64,000 nucleotides of DNA from contig CABYJW010000003.1 in NCBI GenBank assembly GCA_902519465.1, forward strand, positions 857 through 64,856, given 5' to 3'. Both the position numbers and the translations under genes were made by a program. Each line of letters opens with the position of its first letter. Position 1 is the first letter of the stretch. Source of the stretch: an uncultured Pelagibacteraceae bacterium (GTDB lineage Bacteria; Pseudomonadota; Alphaproteobacteria; Pelagibacterales; Pelagibacteraceae). The notes beneath the pieces are model-generated. The model had not been told where the DNA came from and searched no databases. It was given only the letters and a program-made list of their open reading frames with translations. Of the stretch, positions 27,075 through 41,001 are shown one piece after another.

Positions 27075-28202
27075 ATGACAAATATAAAGAAACTAAATAT
27101 ATCTAAATCTCTTTTGCTTGACTGCAAGCAAACAATCAAAGATTTTCCTTTAGCATACGAAACATACGGAAAATTAAATGAAAACAAAGATAATGCAATT
27201 TTAGTTTTCCATGCTTTAACTGGAGACCAGTTTGTAACTGGATTAAACCCTATAACTAAAAAAGAGGGTTGGTGGGCAACGGCAGTGGGCCCAGGCAAAG
27301 CAATAGATACAAATAAATATTTTGTGATTTGTGCAAATGTAATTGGTGGCTGCATGGGTTCATGGGGGCCTAAAGAAATAGATAGAAAAACTGATGAACC
27401 GTATGGTTTAAATTTTCCAGTTATTACAATCAGAGATATAGTTAAGTCTCAAGAAACTCTTTTAGAATATCTGGGTATAAAAAAACTCTTATGTGTAACA
27501 GGTGGATCGATGGGAGGTATGCAATCTTTACAATTTTGTGCAACTTTTCCTAATAGGACTTTTTCTGCGATGCCCATTGCATGTAGTACAAGTCACAGCG
27601 CTCAAAATATTGCTCTAAATGAATTGGCAAGACAAGCTGTAATGGCTGATCCAGTGTGGGATAAAGGGAAATACATTAAAAAAAATACTCAGCCAAAAAA
27701 TGGTTTAGCTGTAGCTAGAATGGTTGGGCACATTAGTTATTTGTCAGAAAAAGGAATGCAAGAAAAATTTGGTAGAAAACTTCAGGAGAGAGGTGATTAT
27801 GATTTTAGTTTTAATGCAGATTTCCAAGTAGAAAGTTATTTGAGGCACCAAGGATTTGCTTTTGTAGAGAGATTTGATGCTAATTCTATCTTGTATATTA
27901 CAAGAGCAATGGATTATTTTGACCTTTCGAAACAATTTAAAGGTGGGTTGACAGAAGCATTTAAAAATCAAAAAACAAAATTTCTAGTAATATCATTCTC
28001 ATCAGACTGGCTTTATACAACTAAAGAAAATAAGGAGACTGTAATAGCTCTTAATGCAGCAGGAGCTGATGTTTCCTTTGCAGAAATTAAAACAGATAAA
28101 GGACATGACTCTTTTTTAGTAAATGAACCAGAGTTTTTAAAAACTATAAAAGGTTTTATAGATTCAATGCACATAAAATTTAAAAATGAAAAAAGAATTT
28201 AA
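27075..28202 (+). CDS. metX: homoserine O-acetyltransferase
   Basis: HALTGD and GGSMGGMQ motifs. I moved the start from the ORF-track 27015 to the in-frame ATG at 27075 because 27015-27074 covers the leader terminator. Confidence 0.9.
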   Translation: MTNIKKLNISKSLLLDCKQTIKDFPLAYETYGKLNENKDNAILVFHALTGDQFVTGLNPITKKEGWWATAVGPGKAIDTNKYFVICANVIGGCMGSWGPKEIDRKTDEPYGLNFPVITIRDIVKSQETLLEYLGIKKLLCVTGGSMGGMQSLQFCATFPNRTFSAMPIACSTSHSAQNIALNELARQAVMADPVWDKGKYIKKNTQPKNGLAVARMVGHISYLSEKGMQEKFGRKLQERGDYDFSFNADFQVESYLRHQGFAFVERFDANSILYITRAMDYFDLSKQFKGGLTEAFKNQKTKFLVISFSSDWLYTTKENKETVIALNAAGADVSFAEIKTDKGHDSFLVNEPEFLKTIKGFIDSMHIKFKNEKRI

Positions 28203-28779
28203 AGTAATAGCTGAGTTGCTCCCGAAGAATGTAAGGGTGTTAGATGTTGGTTGTGGAGATGGTTCTTTAATGGACCTTTTAATCAAAGAGAAAAATATAG
28301 AAGCTAGAGGATTAGAAATAAAAGAAGAATATGTTAAAAAATGCATTTACAAAGGTTTGTCTGTGATTGAGGGCAATGCAGAGACTGAACTTCATCAATT
28401 CCCAGATCAATCATTTGATTATGTTGTTTTGAGTCAAACACTTCAGGCTTTTTATAACCCAGAAAAAGTTTTAAAGGAATTATTAAGGGTTGGAAAATCA
28501 GCAATTGTATCTATTCCAAATTTTGGTTATTGGAAAGTGAGAACAAGCTTATTAATCTTTGGAAAGATGCCCATGACAAAAACTTTGCCTTATAATTGGC
28601 ATAACACACCTAATCTTCATATGTGCACCATAAAAGATATGTTCAATTTTTGTAATGAAAAAAATATTAAAATGGATAAAATTTTAGGAATAAATGAGGA
28701 TAAAACTTCTCAAATAAAAAGAAGCAACCTTGAGATAAAAAATTTATTTTCAAAAATAGGGATTTTTTTATTAAGTTAG
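28186..28779 (+). CDS. metW: methionine biosynthesis protein MetW
   Basis: 197 aa with VLDVGCGDGSL and VVLSQTLQA, overlapping the metX 3' end. Confidence 0.85.
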   Translation: MKKEFKVIAELLPKNVRVLDVGCGDGSLMDLLIKEKNIEARGLEIKEEYVKKCIYKGLSVIEGNAETELHQFPDQSFDYVVLSQTLQAFYNPEKVLKELLRVGKSAIVSIPNFGYWKVRTSLLIFGKMPMTKTLPYNWHNTPNLHMCTIKDMFNFCNEKNIKMDKILGINEDKTSQIKRSNLEIKNLFSKIGIFLLS

Positions 28780-29544
28780 ATGTTAGAAATTTCAATTATA
28801 AAATGCTTACAAGATAATTATAGTTATTTAGTAAGAGATAAGAAAACAAATTTAATTGCTATAGTTGATCCATCAGAATTTTTAAAGGTGGATCAAGAAA
28901 TAAATAAAAAATATAAAAAATTAGATTTTATCCTTAATACTCATCATCATTCTGATCATGTGGGTGGAAACTTAGCTTTAAAGGCAAAATATAAATCACA
29001 AATTATTTGTTCAGCATATGATCAAGACAAAGTTCCTGGAGCAGATATTAAAAAGAAAGATAATGATTACTTTATTTTTGGTGAAACAAAATTTAAAATT
29101 ATTCATGTTCCTGGTCATACACTTGACCACATTATCTTTTTTTCAGAAATAGACTCAGTTTTATTCTCGGGAGATACATTATTTTCACTAGGGTGTGGTA
29201 GAGTTTTTGAGGGATCTTATGAACAAATGTTCAACTCATTGGAAAAAATTAAAAAATTGCCAAAAAATACAAAAATTTATTGTGGACACGAGTATACAAA
29301 TAATAATGGTAAATTTTGTATCAAAGTAGATAAAGATAATTTTAATTTAAAAAAAAGGATTAGAGAGGTGAAAAGTAAAATTGATCTCAAAGAACCAACT
29401 ATTCCAACAACTTTGCAAGAAGAAATCGAGACAAATATATTTTTAAGATACGATGATAAAAAAATTAAAAAAAGCATGGGAATAGATAATGCTTCAAATA
29501 TTGAAGTTTTCAAAAAACTAAGGAATTTAAAAGATCAATTCTAA
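28780..29544 (+). CDS. gloB: hydroxyacylglutathione hydrolase (glyoxalase II)
   Basis: 254 aa with metallo-beta-lactamase motif THHHSDHVGG and C-terminal CGHEYT. Confidence 0.88.
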   Translation: MLEISIIKCLQDNYSYLVRDKKTNLIAIVDPSEFLKVDQEINKKYKKLDFILNTHHHSDHVGGNLALKAKYKSQIICSAYDQDKVPGADIKKKDNDYFIFGETKFKIIHVPGHTLDHIIFFSEIDSVLFSGDTLFSLGCGRVFEGSYEQMFNSLEKIKKLPKNTKIYCGHEYTNNNGKFCIKVDKDNFNLKKRIREVKSKIDLKEPTIPTTLQEEIETNIFLRYDDKKIKKSMGIDNASNIEVFKKLRNLKDQF

Positions 29545-29555
29545 CATCATTCAAC

Positions 29556-29583
29556 TTGACTTGATAAGTTACAGAGTTATATT
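29556..29583 (+). promoter_or_regulatory. candidate promoter of the rplU operon
   Basis: TTGACT (29556-61), a 16-nt spacer and TATATT (29578-83). SD AAGGA lies 7 nt before the rplU ATG. Confidence 0.45.
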
Positions 29584-29609
29584 GCCTTAAAATTAAAAAG
29601 GAATATTTT

Positions 29610-30035
29610 ATGTCTTTTGCAATAATAGAAACAGGTGGAAAACAATATAAAGTTTCTGCTAGGAACATTTTAAAGGTGGAAAAATTAAATATTGTAAAAG
29701 GAAACAAAGTTGAATTTAAAAAAGTTCTTTTAGTTAATGATGATAAAAACACTGAAGTTGGAAATCCAACTGTTGAAGGTGCATTAGTTGAAGGCTTGGT
29801 TTTAGACAATATTAGAGATAGAAAAATTTTAGTTTTTAAAAAGAGAAGAAGACAAAACTCAAGAAAAAAATACGGACACAGACAACAGCTTTCAAAAATC
29901 CAAATTATTAAAATTTTATCTAAAGGTGGAAAAGTAGTTTCTGAAATTAAAGAAAATCAAATGAATTTGTCAAAAGAACAAAAATCAGGTAAAAAAACTG
30001 TTAAAAAAAAAGAAGTAATTAAAAATAAGAAATAA
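29610..30035 (+). CDS. rplU: 50S ribosomal protein L21 with K-rich C-terminal extension
   Basis: 141 aa with [15 protein letters not shown]... L21 core followed by a roughly 40-aa Lys-rich tail. Confidence 0.9.
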   Translation: MSFAIIETGGKQYKVSARNILKVEKLNIVKGNKVEFKKVLLVNDDKNTEVGNPTVEGALVEGLVLDNIRDRKILVFKKRRRQNSRKKYGHRQQLSKIQIIKILSKGGKVVSEIKENQMNLSKEQKSGKKTVKKKEVIKNKK

Positions 30036-30040
30036 AACAA

Positions 30041-30295
30041 ATGGCAACAAAAAAAGCAGGTGGATCATCGAAGAACGGCCGAGATAGTGCCGGTCGTCGT
30101 CTAGGTGTTAAAAGATATGGCGAACAATTAGTTAAGCCTGGAAATATAATTGTCAGACAAAGAGGCACGAAAATACATCCTGGAAATAACGTTGGCATGG
30201 GTAAAGATCATTCAATTTTTTCTCTTATTGCGGGAAAAGTTAAATTCAAAAAAACCAAGTCAAATAGAACTTTGGTTTCTGTAGTTCCCAAATAA
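30041..30295 (+). CDS. rpmA: 50S ribosomal protein L27
   Basis: 84 aa with [24 protein letters not shown]. Confidence 0.93.
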   Translation: MATKKAGGSSKNGRDSAGRRLGVKRYGEQLVKPGNIIVRQRGTKIHPGNNVGMGKDHSIFSLIAGKVKFKKTKSNRTLVSVVPK

Positions 30296-30312
30296 ATTCA
30301 TTAAAAAAATAA

Positions 30313-32395
<2,083 letters not shown>

Positions 32396-32396
<1 letters not shown>

Positions 32397-33637
32397 TGAA
32401 TTATATTAAAAATATTGGAGAAAAATCTTTAAAAGCATTTGAGAACTTAAAGAATGTGGAACATTCAAAAATTAAAAGAGCTTTAAAAGAATACGCGACC
32501 CTTGTGAAGAAAAATAAGTTAAAAATTTTAAAGGAAAACTCAAAGGATATAAAAAAAGCAAAAAGAAAAAAACTTATAGATAGATTAATGTTAAACAGTG
32601 AAAAGATTAATCAGATTATATCAAGTATAAAAACTATTGAAAAATTTAAGAACCCTGTTGGTCAAGTTTTGTCTAAATGGAAAAGATCAAATAAACTAAA
32701 AATTGAGAAAGTATCAATTCCAATAGGCGTTATATCTGTAATATATGAGAGTAGACCAAATGTCACTGCAGACGTCGCATCGCTATGCTTAAAATCTGGC
32801 AACTGTGTAATCTTGCGAGGTGGTTCTGAGGCTTATTATACAAATAGATTTTTAGCTAAACTATTTAGGAGAGCTTTAAAAAAAAATAAAATTGATAAAA
32901 ATTGTGTCCAATTTATTGAAAAAAAAGACAGAAAAATTGTCGACTTTATTCTTTCTAAAATGAGTAATTATATTGATTTGGTTGTTCCAAGAGGGGGTAA
33001 AAATTTAGTCAAAAAAGTTCAGAAACTATCTAAAGTAAATGTAATCGGACATCTTGAAGGATTATGTCATATTTATTTAGATAAAAACTCAAGTTTAGAA
33101 ATGGCTAAAAAGATTATAATTAATGCCAAGATGAGAAGAACAAGCATTTGTGGGGCATTAGAAACTCTTTTAATAAATGACAGGATTTTATCATCTCATG
33201 GAACCGAGATTATTAATGCTTTAATTAGAATAGGTTGTGAGGTTAGAGTAGATGATAAAATAAATAAAATATTTAATTATAGATTAAAAAAAGCAACTGA
33301 AAAGGACTGGCAAACAGAATACTTGGACTCAATAATTTCAATCAAATCAGTAAAAGGTGTGGATGAAGCTGTGTCTCATATTTTAAAATATGGCACTATG
33401 CATACAGATAGTATTATTACTAATAATAATAAAACTGCAAAAAGTTTTTTAAAAGGTGTTAACAGTTCAATTGCGATGCATAATGCTTCAACACAATTTG
33501 CTGATGGGGGAGAATTTGGATTTGGTGGTGAGATTGGAATTTCAACTAATAAAATGCCACCAAGAGGTCCTGTTGGCATAAATCAGTTAACTTCCTACAA
33601 GTACATAGTTAAAGGCAATGGTTCGATAAGATCTTAA
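32396..33637 (+). CDS. proA: gamma-glutamyl phosphate reductase
   Basis: 413 aa with IYESRPNVT, CGALETLL (active-site Cys) and NASTQFADGGEFG. Confidence 0.9.
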
Positions 33638-33640
33638 CTA

Positions 33641-34189
33641 ATGGGTGTGCCGAAGAAAAATCATAAAAAAATTGGAGTTTTGGGTGGCACTTTTGATCCG
33701 CCACATGTAGGTCATTTAGAGATTTCCAAATTTGCTATAAAAAAATTAAAGCTTAAGTTTTTGATTTGGGCAGTAACAAAGAAAAATCCTTTAAAGAATA
33801 AGTCTTATTTTTCATTACAAAAAAGAGTCAATTTTTCAAGAAACGTAATATCAAAGGTCAATAGAATTAAAATTGAAACTTATGATGATACCATAAGGTC
33901 ATCTAAAACCATTAATTTAGTAAAGTATCTTAAAAAAAAATATAAAAAGTCAGAAATATTTTTTTTAATGGGATCAGACAACCTTTTAAAATTTCATAAA
34001 TGGCATGATTGGCAAAAAATTTCAGATTTTTGTAAAATTGTTGTTTTTCCAAGAAATGGCTATTTAAAACAAATATTTAAATGTAAAGCTTACAATTATC
34101 TAGGAAAAGAAAAAATTAAATTTATTAAGTCAAAAAGGATCAATATTTCTTCTTCAAAATTAAGAAAAAATTACTTAAAATATAAATAA
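33641..34189 (+). CDS. nadD: nicotinate-nucleotide adenylyltransferase
   Basis: 182 aa with GGTFDPPHVGHL and ISSSKLR. Confidence 0.85.
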   Translation: MGVPKKNHKKIGVLGGTFDPPHVGHLEISKFAIKKLKLKFLIWAVTKKNPLKNKSYFSLQKRVNFSRNVISKVNRIKIETYDDTIRSSKTINLVKYLKKKYKKSEIFFLMGSDNLLKFHKWHDWQKISDFCKIVVFPRNGYLKQIFKCKAYNYLGKEKIKFIKSKRINISSSKLRKNYLKYK

Positions 34190-34536
34190 TGGAAGTTTTA
34201 AAACAAAAAAAAATAATAGAAAAAGCTCTAAATGATAGTAAAGCTAAAAATATTATATCAATAAATTTAAAAGGTAAGTCTTCAATTGCTGATTATATGA
34301 TTATAGCCTCCGGAACATCTTCAAGGCATATACAATCTTTGTCAGAAATAATTGTAAAAGAATTAGTTAAAAATGGTTTGGGAAAATATAATATTGAAGG
34401 AAAAACTAGTGCAGATTGGAAATTGATAGACGCAATTGATATAATCGTTCATATATTTCATCCTGAAAAAAGAAAATTTTATGATTTAGAAAAAATGTGG
34501 TGTGATCCATCTGAAATTAGTGGAGTTGTTACATGA
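34189..34536 (+). CDS. rsfS: ribosome silencing factor RsfS
   Basis: 115 aa with ADYMIIASGTSSRHIQS and WKLIDAIDIIVHIF. Confidence 0.85.
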   Translation: MEVLKQKKIIEKALNDSKAKNIISINLKGKSSIADYMIIASGTSSRHIQSLSEIIVKELVKNGLGKYNIEGKTSADWKLIDAIDIIVHIFHPEKRKFYDLEKMWCDPSEISGVVT

Positions 34537-35666
34537 TTAGAATATTTAAAATATTAATACTATTTTTCATGTTTACAGGAAATCTTCATAGTAACACGAA
34601 TGAAAAGCTTTATAAAAAAATTGATTTGTTTGGAGAAGTTTTAGAGAAAATTAAAAAAGAATATGTCGAAGACGTAGATCAATCTGAAATGCTAGATTCT
34701 GCTATTAATGGTGCGCTTCAATCTCTAGATCCCTATTCTGCTTACATGAATCCTGAACTTTTTAAAAGTATGGAAACAGATACGAGGGGGGAGTTTGGTG
34801 GACTTGGAATTGAGGTTGGTATGGAGGCTGGAGTAGTGAAAGTAATTTCCCCAATCGATGATACCCCGGCATCTAGAGCGGGGATTAAATCTGGTGATTA
34901 TATTGTAAAAATTGATGACAAGCAGGTTCAAGGTAAATCACTCATGGAGGCAGTTAAAATGATGAGGGGTCCAATTGATTCAAAAATTAAACTTACAATA
35001 AGAAGAAAAGGTGAAAAAAAAGCTTTAGAAAAGATTTTAAAGAGAGAAATAATTCAAATCAAATCAGTAGAAGCTAAAATAGTACAAAAAAATATCGCCT
35101 ATATAAAATTAAAAGCCTTTAATAGCAACAGTAGTAACCAATTAAATAAAAAAATAAGTGATTTTGAAAGAAAGAATAAACCAATCGGATATATTCTTGA
35201 TCTTAGAAATAATCCTGGAGGACTTTTAACCCAAGCAGTAAGTATTACAGATTTTTTCTTAAACGATGGAGAAATTGTTTCAACTAAAGGGAGGAAATCT
35301 ATTGAGAACAGAAGGTTTTTTGCAAGAAAGGGAGATAAAGTCAATGGAAAGCCCTTAATAATTATAATTAATAATGGCTCTGCATCAGCATCTGAAATAG
35401 TTGCAGGTGCGCTTAAAGATCATAAAAGAGCAATCATACTTGGAGAAAAAACATATGGAAAAGGCTCAGTTCAATCTATTATTCCGCTGAGTGATGGTGG
35501 TGGAATACGGTTAACAGTTTCTAAATACTATTTACCATCAGGTAAATCAATTTCAGATGTGGGTGTAGCTCCAGATATTTTTATTGAAGAGCAGGGTCAA
35601 AATTTTAAAACTGACAGTCCTTCTGATAATCAATTAAATTATGCTTTAAAACTTTTAACTCTATGA
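34533..35666 (+). CDS. ctpA: carboxy-terminal processing protease (S41)
   Basis: 377 aa with a signal peptide, a PDZ domain (GGLGIEV) and S41 motifs LDLRNNPGG and SASASEI. Confidence 0.85.
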   Translation: MIRIFKILILFFMFTGNLHSNTNEKLYKKIDLFGEVLEKIKKEYVEDVDQSEMLDSAINGALQSLDPYSAYMNPELFKSMETDTRGEFGGLGIEVGMEAGVVKVISPIDDTPASRAGIKSGDYIVKIDDKQVQGKSLMEAVKMMRGPIDSKIKLTIRRKGEKKALEKILKREIIQIKSVEAKIVQKNIAYIKLKAFNSNSSNQLNKKISDFERKNKPIGYILDLRNNPGGLLTQAVSITDFFLNDGEIVSTKGRKSIENRRFFARKGDKVNGKPLIIIINNGSASASEIVAGALKDHKRAIILGEKTYGKGSVQSIIPLSDGGGIRLTVSKYYLPSGKSISDVGVAPDIFIEEQGQNFKTDSPSDNQLNYALKLLTL

Positions 35667-36136
35667 TCTCTATAAAAAAACTACCTTTAAGGATAGGTGT
35701 TGGAGTAATAGTTTTAAATAAAAAAAATCAAGTTTTTGTAGGTAAAAGGAAAGATAATCCAGTAGATAAATGGCAGATGCCGCAAGGTGGCGTTAATAAG
35801 GGCGAAGACTTAACTGAAGCAATGAAAAGAGAGCTTCATGAAGAAACCGGAATGCAAAATATCAAAATACTCAGTGAAATTGATGGTTGGTTTGAATATG
35901 AATTGCCGAATTACCTTTTGGGAAAAATTTGGAGAGGAAAATTTAGAGGTCAAAAACAAAAGTGGTTTATTGTTAAATTTTTAGGTAATGATGAAGAAAT
36001 AAACTTAGAAATAGATAAACCAGAGTTTATTGAGTGGCAATGGTTAGATATTGAAAATTTACCAAATGTAATCGTTGATTTTAAAAAGAAAGTTTACGAG
36101 CAACTTATGCCAAAAATAAGAAATTTTATAAACTAA
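35663..36136 (+). CDS. rppH: Nudix RNA pyrophosphohydrolase
   Basis: 157 aa with Nudix box GGVNKGEDLTEAMKRELHEETG and RppH-like WQMPQGG. Confidence 0.8.
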   Translation: MISIKKLPLRIGVGVIVLNKKNQVFVGKRKDNPVDKWQMPQGGVNKGEDLTEAMKRELHEETGMQNIKILSEIDGWFEYELPNYLLGKIWRGKFRGQKQKWFIVKFLGNDEEINLEIDKPEFIEWQWLDIENLPNVIVDFKKKVYEQLMPKIRNFIN

Positions 36137-36512
36137 TTTGTGATAAACAGTCAATTTTATGAGAAATAATATACCGCTTTTTATCATCTACATTTTCTTG
36201 GTTTAATTCTTTTTTGCTGGCTTCAAGCATACTTAAAATAACATCTTTTGAGAGACTATCGAGGTCGATGATGGTTGAGGATAATATTGTTAGATTGTTT
36301 TTTGCGAACTCAACTGTTCCCTCCTCTACAAAATATTTCTTTTTATTTTCATTGATATTTATGACTCCGGGCCTTAAAAAAGTAATTATAGAAATGTGAT
36401 CGGGTAAAATGGTCATTTCACCTTCAAAAGAGGGTATGGTTACTGACTTGCCCTTTTCTGCAAATAGTTTTTTTTCAGGAGAAATAATTTCTATATTAAA
36501 ATTTTCATCCAT
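36126..36512 (-). CDS. atpC: F1 ATP synthase epsilon subunit
   Basis: 128 aa, last gene of the atpHAGDC order. 3' end overlaps the rppH 3' end by 11 nt. Confidence 0.88.
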   Translation of the reverse strand: MDENFNIEIISPEKKLFAEKGKSVTIPSFEGEMTILPDHISIITFLRPGVININENKKKYFVEEGTVEFAKNNLTILSSTIIDLDSLSKDVILSMLEASKKELNQENVDDKKRYIISHKIDCLSQISL

Positions 36513-37934
<1,422 letters not shown>

Positions 37935-38810
37935 TTATAAACTTTCTGCCCCTGATATTATTTCAATTAATTCTTTTGTGATAGCGGCTTGTCTACTTCT
38001 ATTATAATTTATTGTTAGTTTTTCCACTAAATCACCTGCATTTCTTGTCGCATTATCCATAGCTGTCATTCTGGATCCTTGTTCACTTGCAGAATTTTCC
38101 AAAAATCCTTTATAAATTTGAGTTGAGATATTTTTTGGCAGAAGATCCTCTAATATTTCATCTTCCTCTGGTTCAAAATCATAAGACGACTCTTGTTCTG
38201 TTTTGGTCTCATCCTCTTTTTTTGCAGGTATTAATTGTTGTGACTGAGGTATTTGTGTCATTACATTTTTAAATTTATTATAAAAAATTATACATTTATC
38301 AAATTCATTATTTTGAAATAATTTTACAATTTCATCTCCGACTAGTGAAGCATCTTTAAAGGTAATTTGTTTTTTATTTTTGAAGTCAATTTTTTTAACA
38401 ATATACTTGCCGTATTCTCTTTTTAATTGATCTAACCCCTTTGTTCCTACAGTAATTATTTTGAGATTTTTAGACTCTTTTAAAATTTTGTTAAAGTAAT
38501 TCTTTGCCTGCTTGACAATATTAGTATTAAAACCTCCACATAAACCCCTGTCAGCTGTCATCACAACACACAAATGCGTTTTGTCATCGCCAGAACCAAT
38601 TAAAAGTTTTGGTGCATTCGAGGGATCGTTTATAGCTTTGCTTAAATTTTGAATAATCACATTCATTTTATCACTATAAGGTCTTCCATTTTCGGCCATT
38701 TCTTGTGCTTTACGAAGCTTTGCGGCTGCAACCATCTTCATAGCTTTTGTAATTTTTTGTGTTGATTTAACACTTGAAATTCTTTTTCTTAGGTCATCTA
38801 AGCTTGGCAT
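37935..38810 (-). CDS. atpG: F1 ATP synthase gamma subunit
   Basis: 291 aa with a conserved N-terminus (ITKAMKMVAAAKL) and C-terminus (RQAAITKELIEIISGAE). Confidence 0.93.
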   Translation of the reverse strand: MPSLDDLRKRISSVKSTQKITKAMKMVAAAKLRKAQEMAENGRPYSDKMNVIIQNLSKAINDPSNAPKLLIGSGDDKTHLCVVMTADRGLCGGFNTNIVKQAKNYFNKILKESKNLKIITVGTKGLDQLKREYGKYIVKKIDFKNKKQITFKDASLVGDEIVKLFQNNEFDKCIIFYNKFKNVMTQIPQSQQLIPAKKEDETKTEQESSYDFEPEEDEILEDLLPKNISTQIYKGFLENSASEQGSRMTAMDNATRNAGDLVEKLTINYNRSRQAAITKELIEIISGAESL

Positions 38811-40351
38811 TATTTTTTCTCAAAATTTTTTTTTTTATAATTTGTGATAACTTCGGTAAGGATCTTATCTATATTTTCTTCTATTTTTCCACTCTTTTGA
38901 ATTGAGTCTATTATTTCTGGATTTTCGGTTTTAACTAAGTCTAAGAGACCTTTTTCAAATGAACGAATTTCACTTATATCGATACTGTCTAAATATCCTT
39001 TAACTCCTGCATATATAATCACTACTTGTTCAGCAACTGTCATAGGGCTGTACTGATCTTGTTTCAATAATTCAGTTAGTTTGGATCCTCTATTCAAAAG
39101 TTTCTGCGTTGACGCGTCTAAATCTGAACCAAATTGAGCAAACGCTGCCATTTCACGATATTGAGCCAGTTCTAATTTAATTGATCCTGCAACTTTTTTC
39201 ATAGCTTTTGTTTGGGCAGCTGATCCGACCCTTGAAACAGAAAGTCCGACATTTACAGCTGGTCTGATACCTTGGTTAAATAACTCGGTGCCTAAAAAGA
39301 TTTGACCATCAGTAATCGAGATTACATTTGTAGGAATATATGCTGAAACATCTCCTGCTTGGGTTTCAATAATTGGTAATGCTGTAAGTGAACCACCTCC
39401 ATTATCGTCGTTTAGTTTAGCAGCTCTTTCTAATAATCTACTATGCAGGTAGAATACATCACCAGGATATGCTTCTCGTCCTGGAGGTCTTCTCAATAAT
39501 AGTGACATTTGTCTATATGCAACAGCTTGTTTTGATAAATCATCATATATAATTAAAGCGTGCATCCCGTTATCTCTAAAAAATTCTCCAAAAGTACAAC
39601 CGGTATATGGTGCCAAAAACTGCAAAGGCGCAGGGTCTGATGCTGTTGCAGATACAATTATTGTATAATCCATTGCTCCAGCGTCTTGAAGTGTTTTAAG
39701 AATTTGAGCTACGGTTGATCTTTTTTGGCCAATTGCAACATAAATACAATATAGCTTTTTTTTTTCATCAGATGACTCGTTTATTTTTTTTTGATTTATT
39801 ATTGTATCTATTGCAACTGCTGTTTTTCCAGTTTGTCTGTCACCAATTATTAATTCTCTTTGACCTCTTCCAATTGGTATTAAACTGTCAATTGCCTTTA
39901 AACCTGTTTGCATTGGTTCGTTTACTGACTTTCTTGGAATTATACCTGGTGCTTTAACCTCAACTCTTTTTCTTTTAATTCCTTTTTTAAGAACTTCCTT
40001 GCCGTCAATTGGGTTACCTAAAGCATCTACTACTCTTCCTAATAATTCTTTTCCAACAGGAACATCAACTATGGTTCCAGTTCTTTTGACGGTATCACCC
40101 TCTTTAATTGATTTATCATCACCAAAAATCACGATTCCAACGTTATCGCTTTCTAAATTTAATGCCATCCCTTTAGAGCCATCTTTAAACTCAACCATTT
40201 CCCCAGCCTGCACATTATCAAGGCCATATACCCTTGCAATACCATCTCCAACAGAAAGTACTTTGCCTATCTCAGAAACTTCAGTTTTCTCTCCAAGGTT
40301 TTTTATCTGTTCTTTTAAAATTTTAGTTATTTCAGAAGGATTAATGTCCAC
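38810..40351 (-). CDS. atpA: F1 ATP synthase alpha subunit
   Basis: 513 aa with GDRQTGKT and [41 protein letters not shown]. Confidence 0.97.
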   Translation of the reverse strand: MDINPSEITKILKEQIKNLGEKTEVSEIGKVLSVGDGIARVYGLDNVQAGEMVEFKDGSKGMALNLESDNVGIVIFGDDKSIKEGDTVKRTGTIVDVPVGKELLGRVVDALGNPIDGKEVLKKGIKRKRVEVKAPGIIPRKSVNEPMQTGLKAIDSLIPIGRGQRELIIGDRQTGKTAVAIDTIINQKKINESSDEKKKLYCIYVAIGQKRSTVAQILKTLQDAGAMDYTIIVSATASDPAPLQFLAPYTGCTFGEFFRDNGMHALIIYDDLSKQAVAYRQMSLLLRRPPGREAYPGDVFYLHSRLLERAAKLNDDNGGGSLTALPIIETQAGDVSAYIPTNVISITDGQIFLGTELFNQGIRPAVNVGLSVSRVGSAAQTKAMKKVAGSIKLELAQYREMAAFAQFGSDLDASTQKLLNRGSKLTELLKQDQYSPMTVAEQVVIIYAGVKGYLDSIDISEIRSFEKGLLDLVKTENPEIIDSIQKSGKIEENIDKILTEVITNYKKKNFEKK

Positions 40352-40352
40352 T

Positions 40353-40901
40353 TTAGTTTTCCATCATTGATTTTTTATACTTATTTAATTTGTTTTTCAA
40401 AGAGGTGTCTATCATCAAACTTCCAATTTGCAAAACTAAACCGCCAATTAATGAAGGGTCAGTTTTGCAATTTAGTTTAAGTTTATTTTTAAGATTTAAT
40501 GAAATTTCTTTTTCTAAATCCAAAATTTCTTTTTCTTCAAGTTTGTTTGCAGATACAATATTTAAAGATAATTCCCCTTTTTTAATAGAAATTATATTCA
40601 AAAATTTTTTAGCAATTTTGTCTACAAAGAAAATTCTTTTTTTAATTATTAATAGTGAAAAGAAATTTTTTATCATTTTGTTCATTTTCATTTGTGCTAA
40701 AATTTTATTAAATACAGATTTTTGATCCTCAACAGAATATGTGGGATTTTTTATAAAAAATCGCAAGCTTTCATTAGAATTAAAAACTTTCATAAATTCT
40801 TTAATATTCCCTACAAACTCTTCTGTTTGATTATTTTCCTTTGAAAGATCATATAGCGCTAATGCATACCTACGGGATATTTCTGATGAAAAAGAGTTCA
40901 T
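40353..40901 (-). CDS. atpH: F1 ATP synthase delta (OSCP) subunit
   Basis: 182 aa with RYALALYDL at the N-terminus, positioned ahead of atpA. Confidence 0.85.
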   Translation of the reverse strand: MNSFSSEISRRYALALYDLSKENNQTEEFVGNIKEFMKVFNSNESLRFFIKNPTYSVEDQKSVFNKILAQMKMNKMIKNFFSLLIIKKRIFFVDKIAKKFLNIISIKKGELSLNIVSANKLEEKEILDLEKEISLNLKNKLKLNCKTDPSLIGGLVLQIGSLMIDTSLKNKLNKYKKSMMEN

Positions 40902-41001
40902 TTTACTTTAATTTTTTAAATTTTTTGATGATTTTCTTCATGAATTTAGAGGTTTTCGTATCACAGGAAAATGCACTGTTCAAGTGCATACAAAAGGCAT
41001 T

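Noticed and set aside
40903-40941. 12-codon upstream ORF (MKKIIKKFKKLK) ending 1 nt before the atpH ATG
   Set aside because: It has no SD and lies in a very AT-rich spacer where short ATG...TAA ORFs arise by chance. Nothing distinguishes it from noise without conservation or Ribo-seq data.
40971-40989. Hairpin ATGCACT-GTTCA-AGTGCAT between priA and atpH as a terminator
   Set aside because: The stem is only 7 bp and is followed by just three U on the minus strand. That is too weak to call, though it may be a processing site.
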